Origin: Macrostomum lignano
Taxonomy: Eukaryota
NCBI GenBank assembly: GCA_002269645.1
Contig: NIVC01000307.1
Coordinates: 401,585 to 465,584, forward strand
Length of the DNA: 64,000 nucleotides
Direction of reading: 5' to 3'
In this document: positions 25,501 through 38,395 of the stretch, piece by piece
Position numbering within the stretch: position 1 is the first letter of the stretch
Layout: each line of letters begins with the position of its first letter
Notes under the pieces: generated by a model
Database searches by the model: none
Told to the model about the DNA's origin: nothing
Seen by the model: the letters and a program-made list of their open reading frames with translations, nothing else
Made by a program: the position numbers and the translations under genes

Positions 25501-28500
25501 AAGAAAAGATTTCACTTGTTAATTGAGAAAAATGAGGATGTGCGAGGTGTAAAAATGCGAAAGAGCATGCAGGAAACAGAGACAAACAAAAATGTAGGTA
25601 AAAGACACTGCACATGCACATAATATGATAACCAGACATAATGCGCACACTGAAACACCAGTAGCAATGACGCCCAAGCTTTTGATGATCACAAGCGAAA
25701 AGGCAAAACCCAGCCATCAATCAAAGAAGTAGACTATATCACGCATCTTGAGTGCATCACGCATTTTTTGCAGAGAAGCTCGAAAATTAACATTGTATTC
25801 TGTGCACAACCACCAACTGCGACAGGGTCTGCCGGGGGATTTGTGGGCACGCGGTCGCGGATACAAATCGGAGGAGTCGCTGACCATTCTGAAATTACAA
25901 GCTATATAGTACATGTAATTTTGTGTATTAATATATTTAGCCCGCTTTATTTCTATGCTCTCGTCCGCCTCTCGTTAATGCATCCCCAGACTCATGCAAT
26001 AATCAAACTTATGATCGAACTATGCATGGCTTCCGTCCCTCGCTTTGAATCTCTCACCTCCCCATAGTTCCATCAACCTTACCGTAGTGGCTTCCTATGC
26101 AAAAATCATCCCTCCGCATCTTACACAGGCTACTTCAGGCTGTAGACTGTACTACACTATTAATTAGTTGCGCTAAGGAATCTACATGTATTTTGATCGC
26201 AGCGCAGCGCGCTGCTCAAATAAGGTTAGATTCATCTAGATATTCTAGTAATTTCAGGTTTGTCCATAGACTAGAGCTCATGAGATGAGAATTCCATTAA
26301 CTAGTACATTTAATATGAATGAACTGCGTGTGTGTGTGCTGTGCATACATATGTATAATATACGAGTAGTTTATGGGCCAAATTATTGTGTGGCACAATT
26401 CTTGGCATCACTCAGCAGGCACAAGATGCAGTTGAGCCTGGTTGAGGTGATGCGAGGAGGCAGATCCACACAATCTCAGTGAATACACCAGAATGCACCA
26501 GATACGAGTCCAGTCGAATGTGCGCACTGGTCTAAGCAGCACACGCATGTCCTCCTGACAATGACGGCACCTAGCTTCGTCCAAGCCTTTGCCAGCGTCA
26601 CTGACAGCGTCAATACTACCATGCAGTGCCACCTGCAGCACCGACAACGGCAATTCCTCCAGTTAGCCCACAACAGTGGCTAAACTGAGGGACAGGGAAC
26701 CTACCCGCAGAAGACACACACATACACACACAGCACCGGCAGCAGCACTCTGACAGCATAACCTAAAGCTCCATGAGCTCAGTTTTCAAGCATTGAAGAA
26801 GCAGAAGCAGTCATCTTGAATCCAGGGATCAGGAAGAGTGTTGCATGTCCGACATGTGCTGTTTCCGTGGCAAAAGGTGATGGAGCAAATTAATCAACAC
26901 TTACTATCTAGCTCGTATTAAGACTAAAAAACTGAGGCAAGCTGGGATTAAACCAAGGAAAATTTTTTACTATACTTTTTTACCATATCACTTGTTAATT
27001 TGTAAATTGTAAATAATTGTAATTGTTAATTGTAAATAGTGGTTACTTTTATAGTATAGTAGAGGTACTCTATTTAAATGCAGTAAGAAGTGAAACAAAT
27101 TTATATATTTAATTATTAAATTAAATTAATTCAAGGTAAATAACTAATTTAACCAATTTATTAGGAGTATTTAATATTATAATAAATTGATTTTTATACC
27201 TTACACGAAATAAGCTCTACATTCATTTCTTAGCTTGGGGCCCATCTGTATAAGGTCAGTTTCTTCAAAATGCTGATTAATTAATTAAGGCCTGTTGTCT
27301 TTACTTAAATTTATAAGGGCATCTTAGAAGTTAATATTACTATATAATAACATGTATAATATTATTACTATATTATAATAATATAGTTGCAATTTTAATG
27401 ACTATTGAATAAGTCTAAATGCTTCCCCTATTGACTTTAAATATATGGTATCTTTCCCTTCAGAAAAAATTAGCATAGAATGACTTGATGAAAACAAAAA
27501 AAAATCATTTCGAGATACACATTTGCTGATCATTCAGGTCAAATTTCAAGGTCCAGTTTTGCACATGTTTCTCTGTAGCTTGGTTACAAGGATTCTAATA
27601 AAAATATAATAAATATGTCCAATGAACTAACTGATACATAGCCAAATTGAAGTATTTTCAAAAACAAAAAAAAGTATTTGCTCAGTTTACTTTACTGGAT
27701 ATCTGTGTAAAATTTCAGCTCAAAAGGTGCTCCATGGAGAATGCTAGTGTGGTTACAGGATATTTATTTTGTGCTTCAAAGTAGGAGTTTATTGCGATGC
27801 ATGGTTGCTTTTAATTATTTTTATCAACAATAGTGCTCTATTTCATAACAATTTTTTACAAAAAGATAATAAGACATGTTTTTCTAATTATCTGCATCAA
27901 AATGTATCATTTTAAGCGCACATTCTAGACGTCAGCTGAAAAATACATTTTGTGAGATGAGAAGAGGCTATCCCACCGGAAATGCTAGGCGTACAGTTAA
28001 GCGTCTATAAAATAATTTATAGTGCAGTTTATTAAGCTTTAAAAAAATCTTAAATTAAATTTATATAAGCTTTCATTTTAAATGTAATATAGCAAGGTTT
28101 CAACACAACAACAACTTTTTTTAGCTACAGACATCTTGTAGTATCAAAAATTAACATCGGTGAAATGATTGAATTTGAATTTTTTCATCGCTAATTATCG
28201 CTTAATACCGCCAGATGATTAAAAACACTTTTGCATGATAAAGTTCAACCCAAAAATTATCTTTATTCACAGATAAAAGTGTCCTATTATTTTGAATATG
28301 GCAGTAACAATAGTAAATGTTCGGAAAATTGTTAAAATTTTTGCTCCTCCTAGAATTTGCGAACGACCCATAATCTATTTTTAGCAATAATTATTTACAA
28401 AGCTTTTAAACTTCAGGTAAACTGTAACGTTACAACAAAATGGTTATTATATTTATTTATGTAACGCATTGTACCTATACTAATATATTACAAGTCTTTT

Positions 28501-29544
28501 TTTACATATAAACCGTTTTAAAATTTATTCCTAAACAAGATCAGCAAAGTAATCTATTAACAGCACTAATTCAACTTCACATCAGAAAATCCCTTTTTAA
28601 AGGGCAGGGCGGGCGTAAGGGCGCTACCACTACAACTTGCTTATATAGGCTCACATCATAAGTGTCCCATTTTTCAGTTCGAATTCTAAGCTTATCTTTT
28701 GCGCTAGACTTAACATTTTTAATTATGGGCTGTACCTGCGATTCGATTTTTAACACATGATGTTATTGCTATTATAAAAAAAATTTTTGTGTAAAAAACT
28801 TAAATAATAATTTTTAAATAAAGCATGCTCACGATGCTCTATATTTTATGAATGTCAAATTTTGAACGACATGATGTGATAATTTATGTGAACATTGTTG
28901 AGAAACTAAGGGTATATATATTTTAATTACCTTGCTTTTTAAAAGCAACAAGTCTATTATATTTGTATGTTCCTATTATGGCATATTTAGGACAAAAAAA
29001 CTTATACCATGGGCTAAGACCTTACTATAGGACAATTCATTTTATCTTAATAATAAAACAAACTAATGGATTCAAATTTTTCTTGCAAGATAAGTTTTAT
29101 TTTAGTTCATTGTTATTAATTTTGTAAATCTAAATATTGTCTTGTAGGCCTTCTAGTTCAAAATTCAAATCATTATTTTTAAATAAGTAAAAATAGAAAG
29201 CAACAAAACAACTGTTTTATTTTAATATAGCCTTTAATAACCCATTTTGAATTTAGGGATTCAATTTAATCTAAAGAAAATTGAGCGCTTTTTTATTTTA
29301 TCCAATTAAATTTGTAAATTAGTCATTGAACTATTTATAGCTGTTCATAGGTGGTGGCTGTCTATGGACTGAACATCACAGCACCCATAATAGAAGCATT
29401 CCATTTCATCTAATATACTAGAATTTGGTGTCTTTCAACGCTAAGTCTTTATTTTAAGGTCTAAAACAAAAAATGACTTCTTAAATAACTTTGTACTTCG
29501 TGTTTTTGTTGTAAAAACTGCTCCAGCAAGCTTTAAAACAAACA

Positions 29545-32500
29545 ATGAGCAGCAGCCGACCAAATCAGCCAGGCAAATCCGGCGCAGCTGCCTCGTCGTC
29601 ATCGTCGTCAAAGACAACAAAAACGGTTGCTAAGCGAGGCGCCGCTGGACCGCCTGCCGGTCGGGGTCGCGGGCTGCCAACAGACGGGCAGGGAAACCTG
29701 ATTCCCGGCCGCTACCAGCTGCCTGGCGGTGAGCTCCGAGTTAACAAAATCCAGCGTGCCGAGCAGTACAATGTGCTTGCCGTTGCCAAGGCGATGAATG
29801 GGGCGGAGTTGGCGCCCAAGGTGAAGCAGCTGTTCGAGCCGGAAATGCGAGCGGTTGAGGAGGCCAAGGTTAGAGAGGGAGAGCTAAGTTAATTCAGCTG
29901 ATACTTTTGACTGTGCTAGCAATCAGCGCCCCCCCCCGTTAGGGAGCCAACAAAGAATGGAATGAACTTTTTGAATGAACTACATTTAGCTTCTGACCTT
30001 AGCCTTGACATCTTAACAATTCCCCCAGTAAGCCTTGGCATCACAGCAATTCCCCCAGTAAGCCTTGGCATCTCAGCAATCCCCCCAGTAAGCCTTGGCA
30101 TCTCAGCAATTCCCCCAGTAAGCCTTGACATCTCAGCGATTCCCCCAGTAAGCCTTGGCATCACAGCAATTCCCTCAGTAAGCCTTGGCATCTCAGCAAT
30201 TCCCCCAGTAAGCCTTGACATCTGAGCAATTCCCTCAGTAAGCCTTGGCATCACACTAATTCTCCCAGTAAGTCCTGACATCTCAAAAATTCCCTTAGTA
30301 GGCCTTGACATCTCACCAATTTCCCCAGTAAGCCTTGGCATCTCAGCAATTTCCTCAGTAAGCCTTGGCATCTCAGCAATTCCCCCAGTAAGCCTTGACA
30401 TCTGAGCAATTCCCTCAGTAAGCCTTGGCATCACACTAATTCTCCCAGTAAGCCTTGGCATCTCAGCAATTTCCTCAGTAAGCCTTGGTATCTCAGCAAT
30501 TTCCTCAGTAAGCCTTGGCATCTCAGCAATTCCCTCAGTAAGCCTTGGCATCTCAGCAATTCCCCCCCGTAAGCCTTGACATCACAGCAATTCCCTCAGT
30601 AAGCCTTTGAAATCTCAGCAATTCCCCCTGTAAGCTACCAAATTGTCTACTTGCCTACCAGACTATCCTGCTAGTCTACTAGGCCATCTGATAGACTCCC
30701 CTGCATGCTTACCAGATAATCTACCAGACACCCTACCTGTCGCTACCCCCACGCAGGCCAGCGGCTGGTATTTCTCCTGGCGACCCCGGGAGCCGCCCTA
30801 CGACAAGCAGGACTGCCAGCGCGTCCACTCCGGCTCCCGCTGCTTCTGCGGCCACAACCTCGCCGAGCACAAGCAGCCTGGCGGCCGGGCCCTCCAGCTG
30901 CCGTGTCAGTACTGCAAATGCGCCAACTTCGAATGGGTGCCAACCAGACCGGAGGAGGCCGGCGAGTTCTGGTTAAAACGGCGGCGAGATTTCGATCCGG
31001 CCAGTTGGCGGGCAAAGTGCCGGTGCAAGCACACGCACGAGGAGCATAGGTGAGAGATTTAGACGAATATTGATCAATATTGTTGTTTTAGTCCGTTCGC
31101 TATACTCTACTGATAGTAAAAATATTAGAAAATTACAACTAGCATTGTACATTATTAATTGAAATTTATTTACTACACTACTTATAGTAAAATAAATCAT
31201 TTTTGTCATTAAGTTTTGTAATGATATAAAAGAAGGATAGATTGGCTAAGGCGTGTCAGTGGCATTGCAGCAAATTGTCCCATGACCCTACGGGAGTGGA
31301 CACTTAAACCTTACTGCAATTCTTAATCCCATGATCGAGTTCTGATTGCATTTCCTGGATAAAATCCAAATTCAAAATGTCTCGATTCCTAATCCCTGAA
31401 TCTCAATTTCCAATTCCCCGATTCCCAATTCCCCGATTCCCCAATTCCCCGATTCCCAATTCCCCGTTTCCCCGTTTCCCGATTCCCCGATCCCCCAATT
31501 CCCCGATTCCCAATTCCCCGATTCCCAATTCCCCGTTTCCCCAATTCCCCGATTCCCCAATTCCCCGATTCCCAATTCCCCGTTTCCCCGTTTCCCCGAT
31601 TCCCAATTCCCCGATCCCCCAATTCCCCGTTTCCCGATTCCCCGATCCCCCAATTCCCCGATTCCCAATTCCCCGATTCCCAATTCCCCGTTTCCCCAAT
31701 TCCCCGATTCCCAATTCCCCGTTTCCCCAATTCCCCGATTCCCCAATTCCCCGATTCCCAATTCCCCGTTTCCCCGTTTCCCCGATTCCCAATTCCCCGA
31801 TCCCCCAATTCCCCGTTTCCCGATTCCCCGATCCCCCAATTCCCCGATTCCCAATTCCCCGATTCCCAATTCCCCGATTCCCAATTCCCCGATTCCCAAT
31901 TCCCCGATTCCCAATTCCCCGATTCCCAATTCGCCTGCTGCCTAATTCCCCGATTCCCAATCATTTCCCAATACCCCGATTCCTAATTCCTCGCTTTCAA
32001 ATTCCCTTTCCCTCATTTCCCTTTCCCTCATTTCCCTTTCCCTCATTTCCCTTTCTCTCATTTCCCTTTCCCTCATTTCCCTTTCCCTCATTTCCCTTTC
32101 CCTCATTTCCCTTTCCCTCATTTCCCTTTTTCCTAATTCCACAATTCCCAACACCCCGATTCCCTGATTCCCCGAATCCCAATTCCCCCACTGATCCCAA
32201 TAGCCCCGAATCCCAATGCACCGATATCCATTACCCCGATTCCCTCGATTCCCATTCTCCCAATTCCCAATTCCCCAATGTCTCAATTCCATATCGTGAT
32301 GGCAAATCCAAACCCGACTCTCCCCCTCTCCCGACCCCAGAAGCGACACCCGGCAGCACCAGTGCCGCTCCTGCCCCTGCGGCGCCTTCAATTCCGTTTT
32401 CGTGTGCGCCGCCTGCGACCAGTCGTGGGAGAAGCACGAAACCGTCTTCGAGACCGAGCGGGAGCGTCTCGACGCTGGGCGTCCAGTTGGCGACGACTGG

Positions 32501-32653
32501 ATCCCGTTCGCCGAGATGGAGGAGGTGCGCACCATGGTGCTGCACGGCCGAGACGACAGCCCGTCAGGCGCCGCCGCTCTGCCCGACCCGGCAAACCCGG
32601 AGGCAGCCAGGCGAGGAGGCGGCGGCGGTGGCTTCAGGCCCACCTACGACTGA
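29545..32653 (+). CDS. FAM221B: FAM221 family protein (FAM221B-like), 3 exons (29545-29868, 30757-31049, 32341-32653), 309 aa
   Basis: SRCFCGHNLAEH, PTRPEEAGEFWLKRRRDFDPASWRAKCRCKHTHEEH and CAACDQSWEKHETVFET; intron phases are compatible. Confidence 0.85.
29975..30635. repeat. 30-bp minisatellite (ccagtaagccttggcatctcagcaattccc), FAM221B intron 1
   Basis: Direct reading. Confidence 0.95.
31385..32290. repeat. 15-bp C-rich arrays (ccaattccccgattc; tttccctcatttccc), FAM221B intron 2
   Basis: Direct reading. Confidence 0.95.
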
Positions 32654-33344
32654 CTGATCGAGCGCTATGGAAAAATTAATAGAAATTAATTCTTTTCAAT
32701 CATCGATGCTTACTTCAAGTAGTTGGCTGCGAATAATGTATTCATTTTTTTCGCAAAATTGTTTTGGTACCAAAAATACAATTAATCTGTTTAGTTCGAT
32801 GTACAATAATTGTCGAAGGCAGAGCGCGTTGTGCCATAGACTAATTCGGTCGCTAAAGAGCTAAAACATACAGCGATACGTTCCAGATCATTTTTAAGAA
32901 AACCGAATGTAGCTATGGTGAGAACAATATCAAACGCCAATATGAACGAACTGTTTTCTCGTTTTAAATATTATAGCAACAGATGCACTTTGTTTTAATT
33001 TGTACAGCTACAAGTATTTTTATATTTTTTCAACTGGTTTTTCTGATGCTCAATGCAGCTTTGATCATTTGTACCGTTTTAAAAAATTCCAATGAGAAAA
33101 TAAATTTTATAGATATCTAAATCGATTGTTATCGATTGATAATATTTTATAATGAATTATATGCGCTTAATAGAAACAAACGTTTTTTTATATTTTGCAC
33201 GAAATTTATGTGACTTTTCTACTTAAAGTTAGTTAAAGTCAGCTGTTTGAAATTGTATGCAATTTATAAGGTAAGGTAAGGTAAAATTTATAAGGTAAAT
33301 TTCTACGAATACGAGTATAGCTACCTGTAGTTTAAACTGAACAT

Positions 33345-33875
33345 TGACAGGATAGCGTCACCTGTTAGACAGAGGATAGTGTCACCTGTTCGACAGAGGA
33401 TAGTGTCACCTGTTAGACAGAGGACAGTGTCACCTGTTAGACAGAGGATAGTGTCACCTGTTAGACAGAGGATAGTGTCACCTGTTAGACAGAGGATAAT
33501 TTCACCTGTTAGACAGAGCATAGTGTCACCTGTTAGACAGAGGATAGTGTCACCTGTTAGACAGAGGATAGTGTCACCTGTTAGACAGAGGATAGTGTCA
33601 CCTGTTAGACAGAGGATAGTGTCACCTGTTAGACAGAGCATAGTGTCACCTGTTAGACAGAGGATAGTGTCACCTGTTAGACAGAGGATAGTGTCACCTG
33701 TTAGACAGAGGATAGTGTCACCTGTTAGACAGAGGATAGTGTCACCTGTTAGACAGAGCATAGTGTCACCTGTTAGACAGAGGATAGTGTCACCTGTTAG
33801 ACAGAGGATAGTGTCACCTGTTAGACAGAGGATAGTGTCACCTGTTAGACAGAGGATAGTGTCACCTGTTAGACG
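33345..33875. repeat. 24-bp minisatellite (tagtgtcacctgttagacagagga) downstream of FAM221B
   Basis: Direct reading, ~22 units. Confidence 0.95.
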
Positions 33876-34114
33876 TAACCCCTAGATTACGTCGGTCTCT
33901 GGCTGGTGCGGTAGCTGAACTTCTCTTGCGGCCAAGATCCCTATTATCTAGACAGCGGGCCTGGCAATTGTTTGAATACACACGCTGCCAGAGGCGCAAC
34001 CGCCACCAGTCACCTGTGCAGGAGTGCACCCGGTAAAAAGTCTCACTAACGAGACAGGACTCCCGCGCGGTCTGTAACAGCCGAAGGTTCTTGACCTTAA
34101 CTGTACTAGAAGTG

Positions 34115-34363
34115 TGTTGTGTATTGCAAAGGCATGCGATGCGTAGGGGTAGTTCGGGGACAGCGTTTCTAGAAACTTCCAACCGCGGACTTGTTTACGC
34201 ATAGTTCCAGAAGTTTCCTTCCCCGGTCTTTCTAGAACTTTCCTTCCCCGCGTGCATAAATATACGAGCCGCCCTCCTATTGGCCAAGCCCTCTTTTGGT
34301 GCCACTGAGCGCCCGGATAATTATCTATCTTGTTTCTGCGTTCGTTAATTCAACAACAGAACA
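34115..34363 (+). repeat. 5' LTR (249 bp)
   Basis: Matches the 3' LTR except for one extra A near 34181 (by eye). Confidence 0.97.
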
Positions 34364-34375
34364 TTGGCGACGAGG

Positions 34376-37300
34376 ATGGCGGCTAGCATCCCCGCACCCA
34401 CGCCCTTCCTGGCGAACTGCGGATCACCGACAGTACCATGGAGCCGATGGATTGAGGCCTTTGAATTTTATTACGAGGCGGCCCAATTCAAGGAGCCCGA
34501 AGGGAAGGAAGAGGCGAAACCGCTGAAGAAGAGCCTTCTGCTCCATCTGCTTGGATTCGAAGGTCAGCGGGTTGCTCGAGCACGCCAAGCAATCAAGGAG
34601 AACGACACGTTCGCAGCAACTAAGGCGGAGCTCGAGAAGATCTTCGGCGAGAAGCCCAACGTGATGGTAGCCAGATATCGCTTCCGCCAGCGCCAGCAGC
34701 TACCCGGCGAGGACGTCAAGACCTTCGTGGCAGCCCTGAGGGAGCTGACGGAGCTGTGCAACTACGGCGCAATACAGGACGATCTCATCAGAGACCAGCT
34801 GGCTGAGAAGACCAGTAACCCCAGAATCCGAGAGAGGCTGCTGACGGAGAAGGTGGAGGACCTCAACCTGGCGAAAGCACTCAGCATCGCGGTCTCCATC
34901 GAGGAAGCCTCCAAAGAAGCCAAGGCGATGGCGCCATCAACCTCGAGCACGGCAGCCGTCCAATCGATCCGACAGCCGAGGGGCCAGAAGGTCGCTGCAA
35001 AGGGGAGGCACCGCCCAGCACCAGCTGGCAGGACGGCCAAACCCGGCGGCGCCTGCACGCGCTGTGGGCGAGACCACGGACCGACGACCCACTGTCCGGC
35101 CAAGGGCAAGACATGCGAGGCCTGTGGCAAGAAGAACCACTTCCGGAGTTGCTGTCGCAGCCAGCAGGCTGCTGTCAATGCCGCGGACGAGGTGATCACA
35201 GTCTACGCAGTGCCGGGTGGCGACAGGGAGGTCCGGGCGACGCTGGAACTCGGACCGGACAGGACCGCTGTCAGCCTGATGGTGGACTGCGGCGCAAGGG
35301 TGTCGCTGCTGTCCCGACAGACCGCCGATCGGATCTCAGGCGCAGTCACCTCTCCCACTACGACGAAGCTGCGTGCCTACGGCGGACTGCCGATCCAGCT
35401 AAGTGGTGTCACCGAGCTGGAGGTGCGCTACGGCGACAAGGCGATGCAGCACCGGTTCTTCGTTGCGCCAGGCGGCGACAACATCGTCGGTAGAGACCTG
35501 ATGGAGAAGCTGGGCTTCCGAGTCGACCTTAGCGGGCAGCCGCCCGGAATCGCGGAGGTCAGCGACTTGACGGCGGACTTGCAGGCGCGGTACCCAACGA
35601 CCTTCAGCGGTGCGATAGGATGCTGCGCCGGCGCTGTACACCAGCCCAAGGTCGACCCAGCAGTGCGACCCGTCCAGCAGCCACTCCGCCGCCTGCCCCT
35701 CATGCGACAGGAGCAGGTCGGTGCCGAACTCGACAAGATGGAGAAGGACGGCATCATCGAGCGAGTCAACGCTAGCGAGTGGGTCTCCAATCTAGTGGTG
35801 ACGGCGAAGAAGGATGGCAGCATCCGAATCTGCGTCGACGTTCGCGAGCCGAACAAGGCACTGATCGTCGACAAGCACCCGATGCCACAGCTGGACGAGA
35901 TTGCCTCGAAGATCAAGAAAGGCCGCGGCCGAGTGTTCAGCAAGATTGATCTGAAGTCGGGCTACATGCAGATGCAGCTGCATGAATCGAGCCGCAATCT
36001 GACAGCCTTCATCACGCACAAGGGGCTCTTCCGCTATCGTCGAGTTCCCTTCGGCCTGGCATCGGCACCAGCTGCTTTCCAGCGCATGCTCGACGATCAG
36101 GCCGCCGACCTCGACGGAGTGGAGCACATCCTGGATGACTTCATCGTGTACGGGCGCAGCGAGGAGGAGCATGATCGACGACTGGAGAAGTTGCTCCAGC
36201 GCCTCGAGGACAAGGGCATGACGGTGAACAAGCAGAAGTGCGCCTTCAAGCAGAAAGAGGTCGAATTCTTCGGATTCGTGATCTCGGAGGCCGGCATCCG
36301 GCCAACGGAGTCAGCCACAGCGGCCATCAGGGACATCCGGCAGCCCGGAGATCAGAAGGCGTTGAAGTCATTCCTAGGCGCCGCTAACTTCCTGATGCGC
36401 TTCGTGCCGCACTACGCCGACATCACAGAGCCGCTTCGAAGGCTCCTGAAGGCCGACTCCAACTTCGACTGGACTCTGGAGTGCCAACGGGCGTTCGAAG
36501 CAGTGAAGGACGCCATCAGCAAGGCACCGACGCTCGCCCACTTCGACCCGAAGGCCGACACTATTGTCACCACGGATGCCAGCGCCAAGGCCATCGGAGC
36601 CCAGCTGTCGCAGATCCAGGACGGCGTCGAGCGACCGGTCGCCTTCGCCGCCCGAGCGCTGACGACGACGGAACAGCGCTACGCCGCGAACGAGCGCGAG
36701 GCACTGGCTAGCCTCTGGGCGATGGAGAAGTGGCATTTCTACCTCTACGGTCGCCACTTCGAGCTGCGCACAGATCATCAGGCGCTGCAGCAGCTACTTC
36801 TCGGACCGACCGGCACGGGACACCGGCCACTGCGGATCCATAGGTGGTGCGACCGGCTGCTGCAGTACGACTTCCATGTGCGCTACCTGCCAGGAAACAG
36901 CAACTACGTGGCCGATCTGCTGTCCCGGTGGAGCAGCGGATCGGAGCTGAACCTGATCCACCTGCCCGACACTCCAGGCCCGAGAGTCAAGGCGGTCACA
37001 CTGGAAGCACTTACCGCAGGGACCTCGGCTGACGAGACACTGGGGACAGCCATCAGGAGCGTCATCAGCGGCCGGTGGCCAGCTGACATCGACGACGTTG
37101 AGCTGCGGGCTCTCTGGAAGGTGCGCGAACAGCTCAGCGTCTGGAACAACGGCAAATGCCTCGCCTTCCAGGAGAGAGCAGTCATCCCGGAGTCTCTCCG
37201 CGGCCATCTTCTCGAGCAGGCTCACGAAGGGCACCAGGGCATCGTGCGCACCAAGCAGGCGCTCCGCGACTCAGTCTGGTGGCCCGCCATGGACAAGGCG

Positions 37301-38347
37301 GTCGAGACCTTCGTGCGACACTGCGTAGCGTGCGAGACAGCCGAGAAGAACTTTAAGGTCAGTCCGGCCCCGCTCAAGACCATACGCTGGCCAGATTCAC
37401 CATGGGCAGAGATCGCCGTGGACATCGTCGGAGAACTGCAGGCGGCGCCGGCCTCTAGCAGGTACCTCATCGTCGTGACGGACCTGCACAGCAAGTGGCC
37501 GGAGGTCATTTCGACGGCCAGCATCACCACGGAGACCATCTGCCGTGCGATGCGCAGCCTGTTCGCAAGGTGGGGGCTGTGCGAGAAGGTGCTGACGGAC
37601 AACGGCCCGCAGTTTGGCAGCGAGTTCTCGGACTTCTTGGCCGAGCAGGGCATCCGGCACGTCAAGACCAGCCTCTACCATCCGCAGACCAACGGCCAGA
37701 CGGAGCGTCTCAATCGGTCGCTGCTCGCCAGCATCAGAGCGGCCATGGCGGAGAACAGGCCGTTTCAAGACGCCGTGACCAACTTCTTGTCTGCCTACCG
37801 GAGCTCCAAGCACAGCCTGACGGGCAAGTCACCGGCCGAGCTCATGCTGGGTCGGAAGTGTCGCACCGCGATCACCATGCTGTCTCCCGGAGGGGGAATG
37901 ACAACGACCGAGGCGACGCCTCAGGCACTGCGGCAGCAAATCGAGGCGCGGCAGCAGCGGATCAAGGCCTACACCGATGCCAGACGAAGGGCCCGCCCCG
38001 AGACGTTCCACCCCGGCGATTGGGTGAGAATCCGACGGCCCACCAAGAAAGGCAAGCTGGGTACCCGCCTCTCACGGCCACTACAAGTGCTCCGTCAGGC
38101 GGGACACCACGCGGTCGAGCTCAGCGACGGCACCAGATGGAACCAGCAGCGGCTGATCCGAACGCCGCACCCGGCGCAGCCGAGAGAGCGGTTCGACCCA
38201 CTGGTGGACTCGGCGCCAACGACCGGAGCCGGCACGGCGGCACCGGCGGCACCGGCGGCGGAGCCTCCGGCAAGAACAGCAGCGCCCCGCCGATCTGAGC
38301 GAGCCAGGCACCCGCCGATACGCTTCATGAACTGCCGCTGGGACTGA
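34376..38347 (+). CDS. Gag-Pol polyprotein (gag with two Cys-His boxes, protease, RT, RNase H, integrase), 1323 aa
   Basis: CEACGKKNHFRSC; LMVDCGA; FSKIDLKSGY...PFGLASAP...HILDD; TTDAS...EREAL...RTDH; HEGH...CVAC; TDNGPQF...NGQTER; FHPGDWV. The PR-RT-RH-IN order is Gypsy. Confidence 0.97.
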   Translation: MAASIPAPTPFLANCGSPTVPWSRWIEAFEFYYEAAQFKEPEGKEEAKPLKKSLLLHLLGFEGQRVARARQAIKENDTFAATKAELEKIFGEKPNVMVARYRFRQRQQLPGEDVKTFVAALRELTELCNYGAIQDDLIRDQLAEKTSNPRIRERLLTEKVEDLNLAKALSIAVSIEEASKEAKAMAPSTSSTAAVQSIRQPRGQKVAAKGRHRPAPAGRTAKPGGACTRCGRDHGPTTHCPAKGKTCEACGKKNHFRSCCRSQQAAVNAADEVITVYAVPGGDREVRATLELGPDRTAVSLMVDCGARVSLLSRQTADRISGAVTSPTTTKLRAYGGLPIQLSGVTELEVRYGDKAMQHRFFVAPGGDNIVGRDLMEKLGFRVDLSGQPPGIAEVSDLTADLQARYPTTFSGAIGCCAGAVHQPKVDPAVRPVQQPLRRLPLMRQEQVGAELDKMEKDGIIERVNASEWVSNLVVTAKKDGSIRICVDVREPNKALIVDKHPMPQLDEIASKIKKGRGRVFSKIDLKSGYMQMQLHESSRNLTAFITHKGLFRYRRVPFGLASAPAAFQRMLDDQAADLDGVEHILDDFIVYGRSEEEHDRRLEKLLQRLEDKGMTVNKQKCAFKQKEVEFFGFVISEAGIRPTESATAAIRDIRQPGDQKALKSFLGAANFLMRFVPHYADITEPLRRLLKADSNFDWTLECQRAFEAVKDAISKAPTLAHFDPKADTIVTTDASAKAIGAQLSQIQDGVERPVAFAARALTTTEQRYAANEREALASLWAMEKWHFYLYGRHFELRTDHQALQQLLLGPTGTGHRPLRIHRWCDRLLQYDFHVRYLPGNSNYVADLLSRWSSGSELNLIHLPDTPGPRVKAVTLEALTAGTSADETLGTAIRSVISGRWPADIDDVELRALWKVREQLSVWNNGKCLAFQERAVIPESLRGHLLEQAHEGHQGIVRTKQALRDSVWWPAMDKAVETFVRHCVACETAEKNFKVSPAPLKTIRWPDSPWAEIAVDIVGELQAAPASSRYLIVVTDLHSKWPEVISTASITTETICRAMRSLFARWGLCEKVLTDNGPQFGSEFSDFLAEQGIRHVKTSLYHPQTNGQTERLNRSLLASIRAAMAENRPFQDAVTNFLSAYRSSKHSLTGKSPAELMLGRKCRTAITMLSPGGGMTTTEATPQALRQQIEARQQRIKAYTDARRRARPETFHPGDWVRIRRPTKKGKLGTRLSRPLQVLRQAGHHAVELSDGTRWNQQRLIRTPHPAQPRERFDPLVDSAPTTGAGTAAPAAPAAEPPARTAAPRRSERARHPPIRFMNCRWD

Positions 38348-38395
38348 TTAAAGTGAAGCTTGGGGACTGTTGGACTCCTGGAAGGAGGGGAAGAA

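Noticed and set aside
25717-26880. Short Cys/Trp-rich minus-strand readings (SWWLCTEY..., WRNCRCRCC...)
   Set aside because: No consistent frame, splice sites or domain; a FLYWCH-like resemblance is too weak.
29916-33885. MPRLTEGIAE, GIGELG (collagen-like) and LCLTGDTI ORFs
   Set aside because: The units are multiples of 3 bp inside FAM221B introns or flank; the spliced gene explains the locus.
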